A stretch of DNA of 64,000 bases, from assembly GCA_965112155.1 (NCBI GenBank), contig OZ218098.1; one strand, written 5' to 3'. Source of the stretch: Podarcis liolepis (Eukaryota). The translations under genes and the position numbers were made by a program. The notes beneath the pieces are model-generated. The model did not search any database, was not told the origin of the DNA, and worked only from the letters and a program-made list of their open reading frames with translations. Positions 57,275-64,000 of this stretch are shown here, one piece after another (position 1 is the stretch's first letter; each line of letters opens with the position of its first letter).

Positions 57275-59505
57275 TTCTTCTTCTGGAAAATGTAACTTCT
57301 GACTTTGTGCGCTACCATGGCTGTTGAATAGTCTCGTCACAAGTTCTCTCCCCCCTCCCAATTTTTTATATTTTGCACAGCAAAGCAAAAATCTGTTTTC
57401 TCGGAAGCTTCACATGTTGTATTGCACAACACAGCATTATTTTAGAAAATCCTGCAATCTCAAGAGAATATACCCCCCCCCCCACACACACTGAAAATGT
57501 TTGAAAACTACACCTGCAGTGATGCCAGGTGTGAGTTCAACTTACTGAACTCACAGTACACACAGAACCCCCTTGCCAGCACTGATGCAGCTGATTGACA
57601 GTACTGGTTCACTGAAAACCAGAGCTGCCTTGGGGTGAGACATGGGAGACCAGATGAAAGGAGGACAGGGCTCCTGTTCCTTGGGCAGTTTTGCAGGGGA
57701 ATTAATTCTGATAGGTTTTGATTTTGATTAATTTTCACCTATGACTGAAAGCTTGCCAATATTCCCTCTTCTGTGCAACCATAAAGGGAGAGGAGTCTGC
57801 CTCACCTGTTGTCCTTTGCATTCAGTCACCCCAAGTAAAACTGTCATGAGAACTGGCCCTTTCACAGAGAAGGTGCTCCATCACTACCCTAAAATTCCCT
57901 TACCTGACTTTGGTATCAGACACAGAGACTGCATGACCGTTAGCCCCATGCACAAGGGAGGCTACCGATATTTTACATATCTCTACAATAGGAGAAGATG
58001 GCAAACTTCTCATATAATTGGAAACTGTTCCCACAGTTTCAGCTGTGAATTTAAAGAGTCCAGCATGGGCAGCGCACACAGGCATTCTCAGATAATTGAT
58101 TGCACTATGCTAGTTTCTGCCTGCAAGAAACCATTTCCGCTTCGACTTTTCTGCCAAAACCCTTTTCTGCACATCTGCTATGGAATCTTGTGTGTTCCGG
58201 AGCAGAAATCCAGAGCATCAGGCCTAGTGGCCAAATGTCGCCCTCCAGCCCATCTCACCCTTCAGCCACACCCACTCTCCAGCCATATCCCTTCTCCCTA
58301 GGTCACAGCTCTCACCAGCCTTGCTTAATACCCTCCTTGAGTGTTTCTGCCTGGCTGGAATGTCTCCTTGATCTCTGGGCACTTTCAGGCTGTCATTAAT
58401 TTCAGGCAGCATTCAATCACGTTTCAACAAATTCAGGTTGCACAATTAAAGTGAATTAGAGCTCTTGCACAACAAACTTACCTTCCCCCCACAACAAAAC
58501 CCAGACATTTTGCAATAAGGAAAGCTGACCTCCCTGCATACTTCCTGCAAACTAATTAGGATGAATGTTCAATACACAGGTCATCTGAATGTGACTTGTG
58601 ACAATTACTGTTGGATGGAGGAGTGTGTGTGTGTGTGTGTGTGTGCGCGTGTGGAAGCTAGCCTGCTGTAGAAATTGCATCTCTGCTGCCCAGTATGTTG
58701 ATGATGGATTTACACAAGCTGTTGTCATGAAGAATTTAATATTTTTATATACATGGGGCTCCCCAAAATGCACTCAGGGTTGATTTCTGCTTTTCAGTGG
58801 GATGGCCCAGAAATGACCTCTTTCAATATGTCCATGCACAGATAGCATCAAACATACCATACAACGCTGACAATAGTGTAGCAAAGGTACATGCAAAATA
58901 AATCAACCTGTATCTTGCTCTTAGCTGATGAAAGAGAACTGCAGGGCAGCCCCGGACAACTGGTTAAACTGGAGACATTGAGACAAGCAGCCAGACCCTC
59001 CACATAAAAGTGCCCATGCCACCATAAGTCAATGGCAACTTCTTGAAACCCACCTGCCAGCCTTTCCAGCTGCTGTGGTTTAAGTTCCCTCTCGACTCAA
59101 ATTTCTCTCCCACAGTCAGTGACAAAAGCATTGAAATCTACCCTTGCAGAGCAATCAATAAACTTTTGTCCCCACCTAAGGGCCAAATCAGCCTTGTAAT
59201 GAAAGGGAAAGAGAAGGAGGGAAAGCGTGAGAGCTGCTTCCAATGAAAAGCTGTGAACCGTCAGCAACAGAGAAGGCTTAATGCATAAGTGCCAAAAAAT
59301 AAAAATAAAAATTACCAGGAGGTAACTGAAGCTGCAGGTGGAAGACGTTTCGAACAAATATTATGCATGTTGAGGACTGGTTGTTAAATGTTTTTATAGC
59401 ACTTACAACATATAAAGTAAGTTTTAGCTAGATCATGTTCACAAGGAATCAGGAAAGTAGGTAATGAATTAGATGCTTTGACTGTGTACACATTACCGGC
59501 TTAAA

Positions 59506-59775
59506 ATGCATCTAGGTATAAAAGAGCCTTTCCTAAAAACCCAGAAGCTTTTCAAAAAACAAGTGAGTCTGTTGATGTATGCGACCACGGCTGCGCGGAT
59601 TTTACTTGCACAAAAGTGGAGAACAGACGTAGTTACAACAAAAGAGGAGTGGCGTCATAAACTGCTGGAATACGTGGAACTAGTGGGTATGACTAATAGA
59701 ATAAGAAACAGAGATGAAAAAGAACTTGAAGAGGATTGGATGCTATATATAGAATATATGAAAAAATTATTATAA
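59506..59775 (+). mobile_element. L1-type LINE ORF2 C-terminal fragment
   Basis: LLMYATTAARILLAQKWR...KEEWRHKLLEYVEL resembles the recalled C-terminus of reptile/fish L1 ORF2. Confidence 0.7.
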
Positions 59776-62700
59776 TAAGACAACCTAGCAGGATGAGCAT
59801 AATTCAGCAGCGTAAGTTATAACATGAGATAAAGAGAAGGAGAGAGGAAAATTTGGAAGAACAAAAAGATGAGATAGGTTGGGAACAGAGAGGAAACGAG
59901 GGAAGGAGTGGAAGGAGAGGACATAGATCAGGGACAGAGAACCTTTGACTGTGAAGAAACTGTTCAACTCAATTCTCATCACCATGCTGCCCAGGGCTGA
60001 TGGGAGTCCAGGAGGATCTGGAAGATCACAACTCCCATCAGCCCTGGTCAATGGTCAGGGATGATAGGTGTTGTAGTCCAGCAACATCTGCAGCTTGGGC
60101 TATAACATCAACAAGATGTAGTGCCAATGCACATCCTTTTAAATAAAGATTCACATCATAATGATGGAGTGAGCTGTAAGGGCAGACTAGAGGGTCTGCA
60201 CAATTATTTGCTACCTACAAAACCAGTAGCCACATACTACCACTCACCCCCTACCTCAGTAATGCTGAATTTGAGGTGATGGGCCCATTCTCTGTGGCAT
60301 ACTAAGAGCTCCAACACTTGCTGGAAGACCAGTGCAACTCCAAAGGTTCTTCCTCACTCATTAAGTGCAGGATGATGTAATAGCTGAAGCAGGCGTGAGC
60401 CAACTGCTTTACTGCCCGAGGTATGATGTCTGTAGGATCAAGCTGCCTGGCAAGTTAATGTAGCCGTATCTCATCAACTATCTGATATGCAGCTGTAATA
60501 AGCAAGTCCTAATCTCTCAATCACATGTGTAAATTAAAGGAATGGTGTCGACCCACCTCTGCAAACTGCTTTGAGACCTGCAGATGAAAGTTGCCAGATA
60601 CCGGGAGAGAGTTATTAGTTTTGTTATTTCTCCCTATCTTGCTCTGTGCACTTTACTCCACCTCAGCTTCTAGCCTAACTCTGCTGTCTATTCCATTCAT
60701 CCATCACTCTGATTATCACTGCTTCATTTCCTCATAAACAATGTACGCTGACTATCCAGCCACTTCAAATCCTTCCAGAGAAGAATTTTAATCAAACCTT
60801 CCTTACACATTGATTTCTTCTGTCATAAGCTCTTTGGAGCATGAATCTTAACGACCTTGCACAGTTAATCAAGTGCATACTGTGCTATCGACATCTACCC
60901 AATATGCCATTAAGAAGATGCTTTTGACTGAATATATCCTCCTGACTGGCTTAAGGCACGGATATGAGACAAAGGTGTACTGTTCTGAGATCCATGCTTC
61001 CCAGGGTTATATGATGGGGTCAAGCTGCAGGGACAGTGATAACTAGCAAAAAAACCCAAAACAAATGTAACTTGATTCAGTGATGATTGCCTGAGTTTTA
61101 TAGGTAGCCTCCTGGAGGTGGAGGAACTGCAGCTACTGAGTTGTTTCCAGGGCTTCCACCCATCAGGAAGTGAATGTAGATCTCTGTACTGAGCCCCAGG
61201 AGCACAGCATCTCCCCTTATTTCATGAATCGCCTCTCATGCCCAGAGAAATCAGGGGCGGAAAATGAGTTCTGCAAGCCCAAATAGTATTTTAATTCCAT
61301 CCCGGTTGCCAGGTGAATGCAATATTGCTTATAATAAGTGGATCTCCTTTATGTTTCGTTCCAGAATATAGCAGCTTTGCACATAATGCTTTCTTCACAT
61401 TTCAGGAACTACTGCTTGTCCTCCCACCCCCGGATTTATTTATGTGATCATCAGGCATCATCACAAGTAAGTTGTCCCTAGCAGCAAATCTTTTGCACTT
61501 ACTCCTGTATTTAGACTTGTGGGGGAAAATATAGACAACAACTTTATAAAACACTAGAACATGTCATGTAATCATATGCTCTTTACTTTGAAAAGTTCCT
61601 TCCATTTCTTAATTTTGCCTGAACAGATGGTTTAGTAGATACTTGAAATCATATAGGCCTACTTCCAACATTACTTTTAAAAGACACAGAATATTTTTTA
61701 CTCTTACCACATAAGATACAACCTATCATTTTGTAGGGAAATATATATTGTGCATCCGTTTCCCAGAAAATTTGAACGTGGAACAAAACTCCAGCATCTC
61801 ATCAGTTTACGAATGACTTTGTCAGAGAGTAGATGTATGAGTAACCTTATGGGGCGTTTACCTGGATCTTCAGGTATACTCAAGTCTTAAGGAACTAATC
61901 CCAAAAGAAGCACTCATTTTTACTGCTTACATCAGTTGTTCTTAAATGGTGTGGCATGCTGGGAAGATTCAAGAACAATGAAAGAAACATTTAAATATTT
62001 CAATGTAGTACAGTTGAGTAGTGTAGCAATATAATATTTTTATGGATAGATATGTATATGGAACAGGGATTTTCAACTCTGACAAATGTGAAAGACCAGA
62101 AAAGAGAAAGGCTTTTTGGTGCTGATGAGGATATGAGGGTTTGTCTGTCTCAAATTAGACCTAATATAAATGAGATTACCTGGCAAAAGTAAGCTCATAC
62201 CTTTCACTGAGTTTGTATACATACTACATATATAAGAGGCTCATTTATATTTTGGGAATGATTCATGTACTTATGTAGCTACATTGTTTTATTCTTTTCG
62301 AATGTCTCATGATCATATTATAAAGTAGTTGTGTTTCTGTGTAATAAATCAAGCACTGTTATGAGTTGTTTCTCTCTCCCCCCCCCCCCATGTATTTCTT
62401 ATCAATAACAACTTCAGTATGGTGCAAGCAATTTTTTATTCTGAAAGTTTGGCCCAGAGAGAAAAGTTTGAGAACCACTGGGTAAGATGGTAGCAAATAA
62501 AACTGTCTTAACTGACCAGCAATAGTTGTTGTCATAGGTTACAAAACAAATTAAATAAGTACTGTAAAGCATTTATTTATTTTTTCCTCCATTGCTATCA
62601 TGGAGCCACTCAGAAATTTTGATAATGAGGGAATAAAGGAGGCAGGAAGGATAACCCTATGATAAAATGGCTTCCTCTGCAGGATAGAAAACCTCACACA

Positions 62701-64000
62701 GGAACTCACATGCCTCTGTTCAAATTGTCCAGAGCTCCTTGTCTTTTAATTTTTACATAATTGTTTCCCAATGCAGTTGACAGCCCTTTCCCCAATACAT
62801 ATATGTTTACCCTACAAAAATCCTTCGACAAAAAGGTGCTTTTATTCTTCAGATTAATCCCTAAATAAATGCCAACAACTGCACGCATCCTTGAGCAGGT
62901 GGTTAATCCTCAAGGAAAATAATTGACAAGGCTGCCTCTGGGATATCCCAGAGCTTCTCTACTGAAACACTTCTTGAAATGCTTAACTGAGAGCCACCAT
63001 TCTGGTTTGCTTCTTTTTTGAGGTCTACCATATTTTCTCACATGAGGGCAGCCATTTTGAAGTCATTGCATAACTCACAAATTAAAAGTCATCTTCTTCT
63101 GGCAGGTAGAAATATTGTTATGAGTTTTGAGGGGAGGAAGTAGGCTGTATGTAAGATTCTTCTAGTGTTAAAATATGAGTCAGGCTAGCTTTCTGTGTTG
63201 AGGTGACAGCCTGGGCGATGGGCCATTAAGGGAAACAAATGAAAGGGGCTCTGTGTGAGACGGCGCATGGGTGGTGCCCTCAACTCAGAGATAGTTAGAA
63301 GGACAAAGCCAGAAGGGTCAGCAGTAGGTAGGGCCAAGCCCATCACCCATTCTCCATACCTAGGCAAGTCACACAAGCTCTTGTGTGTGTGAGAAGGATG
63401 AAAGGAATCTGCCTTTTTTCAGGAAGAGATGGTGGAATAAAGCAGTAGTGAGGCAGTAAGGAAAGGAGGAGCTCTGGTGTTCTGAACATCTTTTCTAGTT
63501 CTCACTTTGTTTGACAGACTCACTCCTTCACACACAGTTCCGTGCTTCAGGTGAACAAAACAAAATAGCTTGTGCTGAGAGAAAAGCGACTGCCTGCCAA
63601 ATAAAGGGCGAGTTTGCCAGTTTTAGTAGAAAGCAGGCAACACGTTTGTGTCTCTTATCCTGGCCTAGCTCTTACAAGGCCTACGATGGGGTGTGCGTGT
63701 AACTCTAGTCTCAGCCTCCCCCTCAGGAGAGGGTGGTGACGTGAGTTGCCTGGTGGAGGAAAACTGTCACAATACAAGTCAGCACTTGCCCGGTATTGCT
63801 TGCTGCTGCCGCTGCTGGAAACAGACATTACTATCCCAGCTACCTTGACTGTCTGGTAATCGACTGGATTCCTCCTCAGGTGAAAAAAGCAAGGGCCGAA
63901 CCAGATGCATATGTTTTGAAATGCGCACTTGCTGGCTTGGCTATAGAGCAGGGAGGTATCTACTTTTATTACTAAATGCACCATGGGGAGGGGGGCAATG

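Noticed and set aside
57741-58301. 186-aa plus-strand ORF
   Set aside because: No recognisable domain or exon structure; composition looks like random intergenic sequence.
59340-59378. gacgtttcg motif like that of the 24600 hammerhead
   Set aside because: No CUGANGA core (cctcaacatg) and no stem II.
60000-64000. Expected 3' end of B4GALNT4 by human synteny
   Set aside because: No recognisable coding exon; NRGM* near 62706 is not a convincing match. It could be UTR but cannot be supported.

Overview
Vertebrate genomic DNA, most likely a squamate and probably a lacertid lizard, judged from the repeat families (BovB/RTE, CR1, L2, MIR/Squam-type SINEs, hAT and Tc1/mariner MITEs). The window holds the complete coding sequence of plakophilin-3 (PKP3) on the minus strand: 13 exons, ATG at 50551, TAA at 10666, 2496 nt, 831 aa, all junctions GT-AG and in phase, with a 22.4-kb intron 1. 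The last two coding exons of SIGIRR lie on the plus strand (432-606 and 3655-3848), tail-to-tail with PKP3 as in human. The rest is intronic or intergenic and rich in transposon relics. Most ORF-track entries are spurious. The best leads are: (1) a minimal hammerhead-ribozyme motif inside a (TA)n-flanked Penelope-like insert, sense to the PKP3 pre-mRNA in intron 3; (2) a candidate upstream mini-exon (MSGFCCGGK) that would splice in frame into an internal acceptor in PKP3 exon 1; (3) a hAT MITE carrying a 71-bp minisatellite; (4) inverted mariner-type MITE pairs within PKP3 introns; (5) a nested Gypsy relic; and (6) a nearly frame-intact BovB LINE. Gene and repeat names come from recalled homology, not from database searches.
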